Shown piece after piece: positions 18,420 through 28,378 of a stretch of 64,000 nt of DNA. Below the pieces are notes generated by a model. It made no database searches, was not told the origin of the DNA, and was given only the letters and a program-made list of their open reading frames with translations. Each line of letters begins with the position of its first letter. Position 1 is the stretch's first letter. The position numbers and the translations under genes are program-made. Origin of the DNA: a virus (Duplodnaviria; Caudoviricetes); the IMG/VR virus record IMGVR_UViG_3300037400_003220, positions 1 through 64,000 of that record, one strand, 5' to 3'.

Positions 18420-20300
18420 ATGGTAGACTTTCAAGAACTATCGAAAGAATATATTAAATGTTTTTCGGACCGATCCAGAATATACATGATTCAGAATTAT
18501 CTGAAGACATTTGATGGTACGCAAGGCAAAGAAGTGCCTTTTGAACTATTTCCAAAACAACAAGAGTTGTGCCATGTGCTTGGCGAAAGCGAAAACTCTG
18601 TTGCAACAACTAAATATCGTCAGGCTGGTATTACAACTGTTACTGGCGGATTTATTGCCTGCGATATGTCATTATGTGATAAATCATCACCAAAGACGGC
18701 CTTAATTATCGGTAACACTCTCGACCTTGCTCAGGAAATGTTATTTAAGATACAAAATTTCTTATTACAGATTCCGCTATGGTTCTGGGGCGAAGAAATA
18801 TGGAAACAAGAAGGTGACGATGTTGATATTACTCAACCACCTTCTAATGGTAATATAATATTCAAAAAATGTAATGGTAAAGTTATATTTTTAAAGAACG
18901 GCTGTAAAATTTATGCTCGTTCATCTGGCCCTAACGCATCTCGTGGTATCTCTGCATGTCATTATTTAATTTTTGACGAGACGGCCTTCATTGAGAACGG
19001 TGGTGAGGTATATACATCTGCGCTCCCTACCACATCGTCTGTTAAAGGTAAGGCAATTTTTGTATCAACACCTAACGGTAAAGATCCTCTTTATTACGAA
19101 ACATGTCGTCGTGCCAAACTAAAAGGCACAAAAGATTGGAATGGTTTCGACTTGGTGGAAATGCACTGGTATCAGGATTTGCGATACAATAGACATCTTG
19201 AATGGACTAGAAAGAACCCAGAAACAGGTGAAATTGAAATACAAAAAGAAAAAGTATTAGATGAAAAGGGAACAGTACCATACAATGAAGAAAGATGGGA
19301 ACAACTTATTAAAGAAGGATGGAAGCCACGTTCTCCTTGGTACTTAAGAATGTGCCGTCAGTTTAACAACGATCCTCAAAAAATTGCTCAAGAGTTGGAT
19401 GTATCATTCCTAGGTTCTGATTCTACTGTTGTTGCTCCAGAATATATCGAAATGCAACGCAATTTAAACGTAAGGGAACCACTGTACGTAGATAATATTC
19501 TAGAAGATTTATGGGTATGGAAAGAGCCAATAGAAGGACATAGATATTTAATGTCAATAGATAATTCCAGAGGTAGTTCAGATGACGCTACGGCACTAGA
19601 AATTATTGATATGGACGGTATTAACGATGACGGATTACCATGTGTCGAGCAAGTACTTGAATATAATGGGAAAATGACTGGCGATGCTATTGGAGAACTT
19701 GCATATAAATATGCCATGTGGTATAATATGGCTTATATTATAGTTGAAGATATCGGTGGCTATGGTTCTGCTACATTGTTAACATTAATGAATTTGGGGT
19801 ATTCCAACCTTTATTATGATGACCCGACACTTAAAAAATATACATCTCAAAACGAAGCAACTCCAACACAAGTAACAATTGATGGGCTTCCAGGATTCCA
19901 CAGTAGTTCAGTTCGTTTCCAAATGTTATCAAAATTTGCTAATTTAGTAACAACGAACCAATTTAAAATACGTTCAAAAAGAGTATGTACTGAATTAGAT
20001 ACTTGGATATTTAAAAACGGGCGTATTGACCATAAGGATGGGTGCCATGATGATACACTTACGTGCCTTGCCATGGGGCTATTCGTAATGGAATATTCAT
20101 TAACTAGACAGATCAAAGCAAAATCTTTGGATAATGCAATACTCAGGGCTATGATTCAAGTTAATTCAAGAGTTAATACAGAGCCAAAGAAGGTAAATAA
20201 GCCAATGAAAAGCAACAATCCAGTTCAAATTTTTACAACAAAAGGTGTTAGAGATAGTTTAAGTGAAAAATATCGCGCAAATATGTGGCTTTTAAGTTAA
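18420..20300 (+). CDS. terL: terminase large subunit (T4 gp17-like)
   Basis: Walker A KYRQAGITT, Walker B LIFDETAF, STPNG coupling motif, nuclease HDDTLTCLA. Confidence 0.93.
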   Translation: MVDFQELSKEYIKCFSDRSRIYMIQNYLKTFDGTQGKEVPFELFPKQQELCHVLGESENSVATTKYRQAGITTVTGGFIACDMSLCDKSSPKTALIIGNTLDLAQEMLFKIQNFLLQIPLWFWGEEIWKQEGDDVDITQPPSNGNIIFKKCNGKVIFLKNGCKIYARSSGPNASRGISACHYLIFDETAFIENGGEVYTSALPTTSSVKGKAIFVSTPNGKDPLYYETCRRAKLKGTKDWNGFDLVEMHWYQDLRYNRHLEWTRKNPETGEIEIQKEKVLDEKGTVPYNEERWEQLIKEGWKPRSPWYLRMCRQFNNDPQKIAQELDVSFLGSDSTVVAPEYIEMQRNLNVREPLYVDNILEDLWVWKEPIEGHRYLMSIDNSRGSSDDATALEIIDMDGINDDGLPCVEQVLEYNGKMTGDAIGELAYKYAMWYNMAYIIVEDIGGYGSATLLTLMNLGYSNLYYDDPTLKKYTSQNEATPTQVTIDGLPGFHSSSVRFQMLSKFANLVTTNQFKIRSKRVCTELDTWIFKNGRIDHKDGCHDDTLTCLAMGLFVMEYSLTRQIKAKSLDNAILRAMIQVNSRVNTEPKKVNKPMKSNNPVQIFTTKGVRDSLSEKYRANMWLLS

Positions 20301-20346
20301 TTTTTAACACTCATTAAAGTATTTATTATAAAAATAGGTAAATAAT

Positions 20347-20502
20347 ATGGGATGTGGATGTCATTCAGCCAAAAAGGCTCAACCAGTAAGGCAAATAAAA
20401 AGAACTGCGTCTGATAATAATGCTACCAGAGCAATGATCAGACATACTTATGCTGCAAATCTTAACAAGAAAAGAATAATTAGAAGAAGTATAAGTCACT
20501 AA
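20347..20502 (+). CDS. 51-aa basic microprotein (MGCGC...)
   Basis: Translated by hand: MGCGCHSAKKAQPVRQIKRTASDNNATRAMIRHTYAANLNKKRIIRRSISH*; has its own AAAGTATTTATT motif at ~20317-20327. Confidence 0.65.
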   Translation: MGCGCHSAKKAQPVRQIKRTASDNNATRAMIRHTYAANLNKKRIIRRSISH

Positions 20503-20508
20503 CGAACT

Positions 20509-21279
20509 ATGAACGTAACCTTTGATGAAAAAACGTTTAAATATATTTGTGAATCCATTCTTTGTGAGGCGCAAAACTTAGTGGATAACTTCGCTAGAGT
20601 AGAAAATCTGATGGAGTTTAATTCACCAGATGATTTCTATTTTGTCCAAATAATCAAACGATATAAAGACAATCCAGATGACAATGAGAAGGCACTTGGA
20701 ATTCAAAATGGTACATATCACGGAGGTGCCTGGTATCTTAAATCGTGGAGAATACACTCCGTTGAAGAATTGAGAGCAATAAAGAACGATGTAATAAACG
20801 AGTGTAATAAAAATAATGCAAGGGCATACATTTCGCTAAACAGCCGTTCCGAAACGGAAACAAATAACTATATTAAATTATATGTTTCAAAATTTGCCAC
20901 AGGAGATGCACGAATTGCTCATGCTGGAGATATTGTACCAGGACAGGCAAAAAGTGGCCCAGCGTGGAGAGATACAAGATTAAGATTATTCTTAGATGTA
21001 GACTGTCCTAAAGACCAAACGATATATGGTTATAATATCTGGGACGAAACAAGAGAGATGCTTAAAAAGTACAATATCAGAGTACTAGACGAGTATGAAA
21101 CACCAAGTGGTGGATTGCATATCATACTTGCAAACAAGAACAATAGAAATCTTATTCCATTTAAAAAAGAATTAATGAAATTTGATAATTGGGTTGACAA
21201 ACACTTACAAGCAACAGTTCACCCAAATGAAGATGGAAAAATTATTCTTTACTCAAATGTTAAAACAAAAGGATATTAA
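20509..21279 (+). CDS. archaeo-eukaryotic primase (AEP)-like protein
   Basis: FLDVDC (DxD) and YETPSGGLHII motifs; N-terminus ...YICESILCEA. Confidence 0.55.
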   Translation: MNVTFDEKTFKYICESILCEAQNLVDNFARVENLMEFNSPDDFYFVQIIKRYKDNPDDNEKALGIQNGTYHGGAWYLKSWRIHSVEELRAIKNDVINECNKNNARAYISLNSRSETETNNYIKLYVSKFATGDARIAHAGDIVPGQAKSGPAWRDTRLRLFLDVDCPKDQTIYGYNIWDETREMLKKYNIRVLDEYETPSGGLHIILANKNNRNLIPFKKELMKFDNWVDKHLQATVHPNEDGKIILYSNVKTKGY

Positions 21280-21310
21280 AATAGAGAGTTAAACGCTCTC
21301 TATTTTTTTT
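21278..21310. terminator. bidirectional terminator
   Basis: AAATAGAGAG-TTAAACG-CTCTCTATTT between convergent genes. Confidence 0.8.
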
Positions 21311-22102
21311 CTAGTTAATAACGATATTTCTTTTTATTATTGCTATTGCTTCTGGAGAGATATTATTAAATGTAAAAACGCCAAATTTATAATCTTTATC
21401 TTTATATAATTTAACTTTACCTTTTATTTTATCTAAATCAACCCTTAATACATCATAAGTCCCACCAATGTTATTATTTATTTTTCTAACCATACCCAAA
21501 CTATTGAATAGGTTTTTATCATATCGTGTGCTTAAATAGATTCTATCTGGATATTTAAATTCTGCATTCATAGATTTTGGTACTAAACCGTATTTCATTA
21601 TCCTATTAACATATACGCTAGGCGTTGCATGGTATAAAAAATCATAGTTTTCAAAAATATCGCTCGTTACATCATCACCTCCATAAGTACTTATGAAATT
21701 TAGTACATATTCACTAATGGCCGAGTTAACAATCGGTTCCTCTTTATCCATATAATAACCACATTGTTTCATAAAATTCTTTATATCACCAATTAGTTGC
21801 TTATTAGTTCCAAACGGCAAATAAATACTAACAAGGCCATCAGACACAATAACTCTGCTTTCGTGAATATTAAATTTTCTACAAATAATTCTCTTTACCT
21901 TTTCTATATCATAAGTCATTATTAAAGATTCATCCAAATAGTCATTAGGATCAATAATTTCGTCTCCATCTATGGACTGCCTTTTTAATGGTTTTGAAAC
22001 TAGTTTATTATCATTATATTCTACGACATATTGATTTTTTAAATACTCCTTTATATGTTCTTTAATTAATATTCTTAATTCTTGCTCATTTAACTGTTTC
22101 AT
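21311..22102 (-). CDS. Tpt1/KptA-like ADP-ribosyltransferase-fold protein with N-terminal tag
   Basis: FLYHATP...IMKYGLVP...RIYLST...VLRVD; N-terminus MKQLNEQELRILIKEHIKEYL. Confidence 0.6.
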   Translation of the reverse strand: MKQLNEQELRILIKEHIKEYLKNQYVVEYNDNKLVSKPLKRQSIDGDEIIDPNDYLDESLIMTYDIEKVKRIICRKFNIHESRVIVSDGLVSIYLPFGTNKQLIGDIKNFMKQCGYYMDKEEPIVNSAISEYVLNFISTYGGDDVTSDIFENYDFLYHATPSVYVNRIMKYGLVPKSMNAEFKYPDRIYLSTRYDKNLFNSLGMVRKINNNIGGTYDVLRVDLDKIKGKVKLYKDKDYKFGVFTFNNISPEAIAIIKRNIVIN

Positions 22103-22117
22103 GATATTCTGATTAAA

Positions 22118-23677
22118 CTAATTAGTTTTATTATTTTTCCAAACATATTTTATTAAACCACAATCCCAAATTCTTTTTAAACCTAATTCGTTAGCCATTT
22201 CTGTCTCTGTCATAGTCAACGGGAAACCATATTTTTTATGCATGATTTGTTTTCTAAAATTAAATTTATGGAAACGTTTATATCTATCCAATTTTGGCGA
22301 ATAATACCTATAATCTGGTTTTTCCCACTTGTCGAAGTAAAATCCTAATATATTGTATATATTTTTCTTTGTTGCATTTAGCCATCTGGCATCTAAAAAT
22401 GATTTAATCTCTGTTACATCCTCATGTTTTCTAATAAAATGTTTAAATAAACGCTGTGCAATTCCTTGACAATTATAATTAATATTAGTCGTATATCTAG
22501 TCAGTTCATAAACTCCATTTGAATATTGTTTAAATGACATTAATGCAACTATTTCATCATTATAGTAAGCAGACAAATAAACAGAAGATCCAGCAAAACC
22601 CTGTATATGATATTTTTCTAAAAACTCCTTTGCTATACTAGTTTTAACTTCTTTTATTTCACATTTTCTTGCACCAACATTTGGTTTATCCTTATTAATA
22701 CCTAAGGCATGTCTTATTTTATCTAAAACTAATTCCTTGTGTTCAAGATATTCATCCTCAAAAATCTGAAACAAGGTTATACCAGTTTCATTACATATTT
22801 TTGTTTTTTTATAATGATAATATTTATCTTTAGCAAAATCTTCAGAATGCCACCTTAAACCATTATATTCTATAGCAAAATTATAATTTGGTATATAGAT
22901 GTCTAGTTCTTTTCCATCTAAAACCTTAATATCATGACGTATAACGTTTTCTTCACCAACCAATTTACATACATATAAATATATTTCTTCTTCATTTTTT
23001 GATAATTGATGTCCACACTTAGGGCATCCCTTTCCCTGTAAAAAAAGATCTGGACTTGTTAAGAAAAAACCGTGAGGTGTGCCATCCTGTCCAATTTTAT
23101 TACAAAATATTTTAACTTTAGTTTTGCTATTTTTATAGTCAACACTATCATATGAATATTTTTCTTCGCCGTATAATTCTTTGCATTTCTTAATAAATTT
23201 ATCAGTTGTATATTTTGTGCTCACTACTTGTTTTTTCCTACCAATTAATGGATGTGTGCACCCTTTTAAGTGAGAGTTTGGATCTTGCCAAAACTCTCCA
23301 TATTCATTTCCATTTTCGTCTAAATCATGTGAAATTATTTTAACTTTTGTATGCATATTAACATACTCAACTTGTGAATAGTCTAAATTTTCACCAGCAT
23401 GAACTGCTTTAAACATTTCAATAATCTTATCTTTAGACATTCTTTTTGACTCTGATATGCGTTTGTTCCTTTTTTTGGGATGGCCTTGCCCTTTTAAATG
23501 ATTACAAGGTGTTTGCCAAAACTCACCATACTCATTTCCGTTTTCATCTAAATCATGATCAATTATTTTAACTGGTGTTCTATTGTTAATGTATTCAACC
23601 TCTGAATAATCTAAGTTTTCTCCAACATGCACTAATAATGCCTTATTTATAAATTTTTCTCTATTACTTTTATTCAT
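22118..23677 (-). CDS. free-standing homing-nuclease-like protein (DUF723-like repeats, PD-(D/E)xK domain, GNAT/Mom-like C-terminus)
   Basis: Repeats YSxVEYxNxxTxVKII...GEFWQxP..HLKG; ELDIYIPNYNFAIEYNGLRWH; ELTRY...SFLDARW...YNILGF. Start set at MNKSN (23677). Confidence 0.75.
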   Translation of the reverse strand: MNKSNREKFINKALLVHVGENLDYSEVEYINNRTPVKIIDHDLDENGNEYGEFWQTPCNHLKGQGHPKKRNKRISESKRMSKDKIIEMFKAVHAGENLDYSQVEYVNMHTKVKIISHDLDENGNEYGEFWQDPNSHLKGCTHPLIGRKKQVVSTKYTTDKFIKKCKELYGEEKYSYDSVDYKNSKTKVKIFCNKIGQDGTPHGFFLTSPDLFLQGKGCPKCGHQLSKNEEEIYLYVCKLVGEENVIRHDIKVLDGKELDIYIPNYNFAIEYNGLRWHSEDFAKDKYYHYKKTKICNETGITLFQIFEDEYLEHKELVLDKIRHALGINKDKPNVGARKCEIKEVKTSIAKEFLEKYHIQGFAGSSVYLSAYYNDEIVALMSFKQYSNGVYELTRYTTNINYNCQGIAQRLFKHFIRKHEDVTEIKSFLDARWLNATKKNIYNILGFYFDKWEKPDYRYYSPKLDRYKRFHKFNFRKQIMHKKYGFPLTMTETEMANELGLKRIWDCGLIKYVWKNNKTN

Positions 23678-23830
23678 ACTTAATATTGTTTTATAATAAA
23701 TATACAAATATTTTCAAAAAAGTTAATGTTATCGAAAATAAAAACCATATTTTTTCATGCAAAATAAAATTATACAAACAAAAAATATTGTTTTTTCAGG
23801 CAAAATAAAACTATACAAGTTATACAAACA

Positions 23831-23862
23831 AAAATAGCACCGATTTCTCAGTGCTACTTTTC
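23831..23862 (-). terminator. terminator after the major capsid gene
   Basis: TAGCAC...GTGCTA stem with flanking A tract. Confidence 0.65.
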
Positions 23863-23885
23863 TTAAATACTTGTTAATCAATAGA

Positions 23886-25742
23886 TTAGCGAAGTTCGTC
23901 AATATTCCAAGTTTGAAGTCCATTACAAACCACGGCTCCGTAATAGCGAGAATTCACCATCTTCTTAGCATACCTGGTTATGATGCCCTTCACGGGTGCG
24001 AAGTTAGCAGTGTTGTAAATAGTTGGGGTTAACTGCATTGGTACGTATGGAGCGTAGATGTAACCAGTGTCAAGTAATGAATCACCCTTATGACCCATGA
24101 TTAATGACCAGTGTGGTGAATATGGATCTACATATACTTCATAACGTCCTTGGAGAGAACCAACCTTCTCAATACCCATTGAGTAAGTTACAGCCTCTGC
24201 ATTTGCATCAGATACATGGAAGTACTCAAGGTCATTCAATACTGCAGAAATTTCAGTAGAAACTACGATAAAGTTTGCACCACCACGTAAAGTTGCTTTG
24301 TGAATTTGAGCAGAAATTTGGTTAATCTTAGTCATAAGAGTTTGGTTCCAATCCTTTTGAGTGTAGTTAGTAGAGAATCCTGCTTGACGTCTCCAACCAT
24401 TGTAATCCCACTTTAATTGCCATGGAGAAGCCTTACGAAGGTCTTTCAAGATTTCACGGTCAATTTCAGCAGCAATTTGCTCAGAAAGAATAGCAGTTAA
24501 CTCAGCCTCTGCGTCGATGTTGTGGAAAGCAGCAACGTCTTGTGCAAGTTCAGGAGACCATGTAGCACGAAGTTTTCTTTCTTCAACAGAAACAGTTACA
24601 TCAGAAAGTTTGAATGAAACTTCACCGATTTCAGTTTCCAATTCGAGAGAATCATATTGTGCCCAAGCAACACGGAATAAGTCATCAGCACTCTTACCAG
24701 AAAGAACGCTCTTGTCAACACCAATATAACCGTCAATAGTTTTCTTACCTTCTAAGTCAGTTACAGGTTTAGCAAGATCCAACTCAATAAACATTTTACC
24801 GTCTGCTTCGCAGATGTCACCATATTGTACAAGACCCTTACCATATTGTTGTGCAATAGCGCGGAATCTTACAGGTTCAACAGCCTTAAATGCTGTTGTT
24901 CCACTTACTGAAGGAATTTCCTCTTTAGTAACAACGTGTAATGATGCTAAGAATGCTTCTGTATCCATTTCGCAACCATCAGGGCCGATAAGACGACCAG
25001 CGCCAATGTTAGCAAAACCCTTAACTGCTACAAGGATGTTACGGATAGTACCGTCATTGTGCTCTCTAAGAGTTAATGTATCTGCACTAACGGTTTCGCC
25101 ATTGTGACGTAATTTAGTAGCCTCTAAGTTACCTACTTTGATATGAATTTTACCCTTTGATTGATCGAAAAGGCCATCGTTGTAGAATAAATCATAAAGA
25201 GATTTCTTGAAATATCTAACTACGTCTGGGCCAACAGTCTTACCGCTTTCATCCTCAACGAAATTAACAACTTCGTCTGGAAGATAATAAGTATTAACCT
25301 TCTCGCCAGTTCTGCGGTCGATACCTTCTTTACCCATTAAGCCAAAGTGACTGCCTTCCCATGTCTTATTACCATTTTCTTCAACTTCTTCCCATTTACG
25401 CTCAGAAGTAACAGGAAGGATAAAGAACAATTTACCAATAGGCATGTTCATAGCCTGAACAGATACGATATCATTAGCCAAAAGACGTGAGAATACACGG
25501 CGAACCAATGGGAATACAACAGTTTCGAAAGAACCACTGTTTTGAGCATCGGTAGCCTCGTTTAACATCATGTTGGCCTCGTTCTCATAAAGAGTTGCTA
25601 AGTTATCTTTCAAATAACCATCAAGACCTTTAGTAAAGCCCATACCTTCCCAACGCTCGCGGATGAGTTGACGTGCTTCGGCCTGTTTGCCAGTAGAGAT
25701 ATTACCTACTTGGCCTTCATTTAAAAATTGTAATTTATTCAT
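23886..25742 (-). CDS. major capsid protein (T4 gp23-like)
   Basis: VFPLVRRVFSRLLANDIVSVQAMNMPIG, RKLRATWSPELAQDVAAFHNIDAEAELTAILSEQIAAEIDREI, YAPYVP, TRYAKKMV. Confidence 0.95.
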   Translation of the reverse strand: MNKLQFLNEGQVGNISTGKQAEARQLIRERWEGMGFTKGLDGYLKDNLATLYENEANMMLNEATDAQNSGSFETVVFPLVRRVFSRLLANDIVSVQAMNMPIGKLFFILPVTSERKWEEVEENGNKTWEGSHFGLMGKEGIDRRTGEKVNTYYLPDEVVNFVEDESGKTVGPDVVRYFKKSLYDLFYNDGLFDQSKGKIHIKVGNLEATKLRHNGETVSADTLTLREHNDGTIRNILVAVKGFANIGAGRLIGPDGCEMDTEAFLASLHVVTKEEIPSVSGTTAFKAVEPVRFRAIAQQYGKGLVQYGDICEADGKMFIELDLAKPVTDLEGKKTIDGYIGVDKSVLSGKSADDLFRVAWAQYDSLELETEIGEVSFKLSDVTVSVEERKLRATWSPELAQDVAAFHNIDAEAELTAILSEQIAAEIDREILKDLRKASPWQLKWDYNGWRRQAGFSTNYTQKDWNQTLMTKINQISAQIHKATLRGGANFIVVSTEISAVLNDLEYFHVSDANAEAVTYSMGIEKVGSLQGRYEVYVDPYSPHWSLIMGHKGDSLLDTGYIYAPYVPMQLTPTIYNTANFAPVKGIITRYAKKMVNSRYYGAVVCNGLQTWNIDELR

Positions 25743-25778
25743 AATTGTCAATTATTTTTTTCTTATTTTTTTTTATTA

Positions 25779-27179
25779 TTAATGTCTTTTATTACCTTTG
25801 TAGAGATTTTCCATTCTTTCCATCAAGTTGATACTTGCGTTATCCTTTGGTGAATAGATTTTAGTCTCATTAATTGTTTTTGAAGATTCAGCACTGATTG
25901 TTCTCTCAACAATAGGAGCACCCTTTCTTGTTTCGTTAAGTTCGCGCTTAATAGTATCATAAAGTTGTGTACCCTCGTTTATTGTCTTAACGTTGCTAAA
26001 ACGCTCTACAATACTAGCCTTTTCTTCTTTAGTTGTTGTTTCGTTTACAAGTAAACTTACAACTTTGCCGTAATTGATGTTTAAGATAGCAGCCTCATAA
26101 AGTGCTTTCTTAATTTCAGCAATTTTAGATTTATATTGTTTATTTTCGGCTTGGATTTCCTTGGCCTTGCTGATGATTTTTTTAACACTCTCATTCAATG
26201 GAGAATCAACTTTTAATACTTCTTCTGGGGTATTTGGCCTGTGTTGTTTATGTTTAGTCTTAACTTCTTTTCTTGCAGCCTGAGTTGCAATAGAATCGCC
26301 CTCTTCAAGTGGTTGTTCATCTCCAGTTGGCGCCATACCGCATTCATTAACTTTTTTGTCGAATGGGTCAGAATCGCCATTACCAGCCCAAGGTTTCTTA
26401 GCATCCTTTGGAGCGCCACCGTCCCAGTCGTTAGTTGTCTTAGAGTCGGCTGGTTCTTCCATTGAAAGTCCGTCGATTGGATCTTTGTCTTGATAATTAT
26501 CGGTATAACCTAAATCCTCATTCAAAGCCTCTTCGTCCTCTTCATGTTCACCTTCTTCTGGTTCCTCGTCGTCAAGGTCTATTTCAAATGTAGCCTCTTC
26601 GTCGTCAACTGGCTCCTCGTCAACTGGTTCTTCATCAGCATCAGCGGCATCAGCATCCTCGTCACCTTCGTTACCTAGTTCGATCACATATTCTGCGCCA
26701 GTGTCTTCATCTTCCATAGTGAATGTACCATCGTCTTCTTTCTTAATGAAAATTTGGTCATCATCACCAAGTTTGTTGTACACTTTGAGAGCAGTCTCTC
26801 CGTCCACGCCTGTGAAATCATAATCATTGTCTCCTACCTTGAAATCTTCCATATCAGCCCATTCATCTTCGGCGTCACCCTCTTCAGGTTCTGTCTCGCC
26901 TTCTCCTTCAGCGTCTTCTGCTGGGGTCTCTTCCTCGGCTGGTGTCTCTGGATCCTCCTCGGTTTCAACATCCTCTACTTCAAAACTATCGTCCTCGATA
27001 GGTTCTTCCTCTTTTTCGAGTTTTTCGTCATCTACTGGCTCATCTTCATCCTTGATGAAGTCACTAATAGCCTCATTAACGATACTCTTAAGAGTCTTCT
27101 CTGTGCTTTCTTTTAATGCTTTAGAGATTTGTTCTGCATTAAGTAAAGCCTTTTCTGCCGTATTATTTTTCTTTGCCAT
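25779..27179 (-). CDS. prohead scaffolding protein (T4 gp22-like)
   Basis: Very acidic middle region, C-terminal coiled coil, many [LIV]NE sites, immediately upstream of the MCP. Confidence 0.8.
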   Translation of the reverse strand: MAKKNNTAEKALLNAEQISKALKESTEKTLKSIVNEAISDFIKDEDEPVDDEKLEKEEEPIEDDSFEVEDVETEEDPETPAEEETPAEDAEGEGETEPEEGDAEDEWADMEDFKVGDNDYDFTGVDGETALKVYNKLGDDDQIFIKKEDDGTFTMEDEDTGAEYVIELGNEGDEDADAADADEEPVDEEPVDDEEATFEIDLDDEEPEEGEHEEDEEALNEDLGYTDNYQDKDPIDGLSMEEPADSKTTNDWDGGAPKDAKKPWAGNGDSDPFDKKVNECGMAPTGDEQPLEEGDSIATQAARKEVKTKHKQHRPNTPEEVLKVDSPLNESVKKIISKAKEIQAENKQYKSKIAEIKKALYEAAILNINYGKVVSLLVNETTTKEEKASIVERFSNVKTINEGTQLYDTIKRELNETRKGAPIVERTISAESSKTINETKIYSPKDNASINLMERMENLYKGNKRH

Positions 27180-27315
27180 AATTAATTAATTTGCTATTTA
27201 AAAAGTGCTTATTTTTTATATATAAATATATTTGAATTTTAAAAAGTTGTTTTTTTTGGAAAAAAATTCACAAAAAGTATTATTTTTTTTATGTTTCTAC
27301 TATTTTAAATCAAAA

Positions 27316-28278
27316 TTATTTGATATACATAGCCTTATTACCAAAATCTCCCGCTCTTTCACCACATTCTTGTCGAATTAAATTTGCTAAAATAACCGCA
27401 GCCTTTCTATCAGCAAAACGTGGCTGATAGCCTTCCCATTCGCATTTTTCAATATTAAAAATAAAGTTTTCCGAAGTAAAAGATGGATCTGATACATTAA
27501 TACCCCAAACATTGGTAAATATTGTTAAATTATCAATATTGGAGTGATAAATCTTTTTCCAACTTTTTGCACCTAAATCACTAGCCCTGTTACTTTGCCC
27601 ATATCTTAACATCTTATCATATGCATTTTGCATAGTACTAATGCTTAATTCGTCAAACTCATTTTCATTCAATTTCATATTACTTGAATTAGCCAAGTCC
27701 ATAATTGCCTTGTTTGCTTCTTTAGATGTGGCCTTACCTTCAGTGTAACGTTTCATAACATCAACAAGATGCTCCTGTATACTTTCGCGAATTAATCTAA
27801 CGAGAGTATTTTCGTCAACATGTTTAGGTAAACCCTTTTCTTTTGTTCCAGCGAAGTCTTTTAAATCTTTTTTTGACATGCTATTGGCTATTTTCTTAAT
27901 TTTAGGACTAACATTTTTTGTTTCACCTTTTTTATAAGCGTATGCGGCGCCCATTAATCCTCTCTGTGCTTTAGACACGGCCTTCTCTTTTAAGGATTCA
28001 TCCGTTCTTTGTCTAAATCGACCTACTTCAAACCCGTCCTTAAACTCAATTATTATACCAGTTTCTCCGCGGTTTACAATTTTTTTACCAGTTTCTGTTG
28101 TTAAATAATTTGGCTTTCCGCTTTTATCCCAACATGAACGAACGTGCTCAAATGGGCCTTCTGGTAGAATTAATGCACACAATAAACCATGATCTTCCGT
28201 ACATTCGTATCCATTAGAACCGTTTATAAATGCTGCATCACCTGTATATGGCTGCCCCTTAAAAAATACTTGTTCCAT
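27316..28278 (-). CDS. multi-module protein with a DUF3008-like domain and internal tags
   Basis: KAVSKAQRGLMGAAYAYKKGE...SMSKKDLKDFAGTKEKGLPKHV; flanked by TDESLKE and LVRLIRESIQEH. Confidence 0.6.
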   Translation of the reverse strand: MEQVFFKGQPYTGDAAFINGSNGYECTEDHGLLCALILPEGPFEHVRSCWDKSGKPNYLTTETGKKIVNRGETGIIIEFKDGFEVGRFRQRTDESLKEKAVSKAQRGLMGAAYAYKKGETKNVSPKIKKIANSMSKKDLKDFAGTKEKGLPKHVDENTLVRLIRESIQEHLVDVMKRYTEGKATSKEANKAIMDLANSSNMKLNENEFDELSISTMQNAYDKMLRYGQSNRASDLGAKSWKKIYHSNIDNLTIFTNVWGINVSDPSFTSENFIFNIEKCEWEGYQPRFADRKAAVILANLIRQECGERAGDFGNKAMYIK

Positions 28279-28378
28279 TACAATATTATAGTTTATATTC
28301 TTATTTTATTTGTGTATGTATATATAAATAGTTTTTTAAAAAGAAAAAAGCCACATAAATGTGACTTTTATTCAATTG

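Noticed and set aside
18420-20300. Intein or intron in the terminase
   Set aside because: The length and motif spacing are continuous, with no splice motifs.
22100-22120. TAG readthrough fusing the nuclease (22118..23677) to the in-frame Tpt1-like gene
   Set aside because: The frames do match with only 5 codons between, but the downstream gene starts with a normal N-terminal tag and TAG behaves as a stop elsewhere; most likely chance.
23759-23835. Short direct repeats (caaaataaaa-tatacaaacaaaaa) between the MCP terminator and the nuclease gene
   Set aside because: Only two imperfect AT-rich copies; cannot be distinguished from background or a small duplication.
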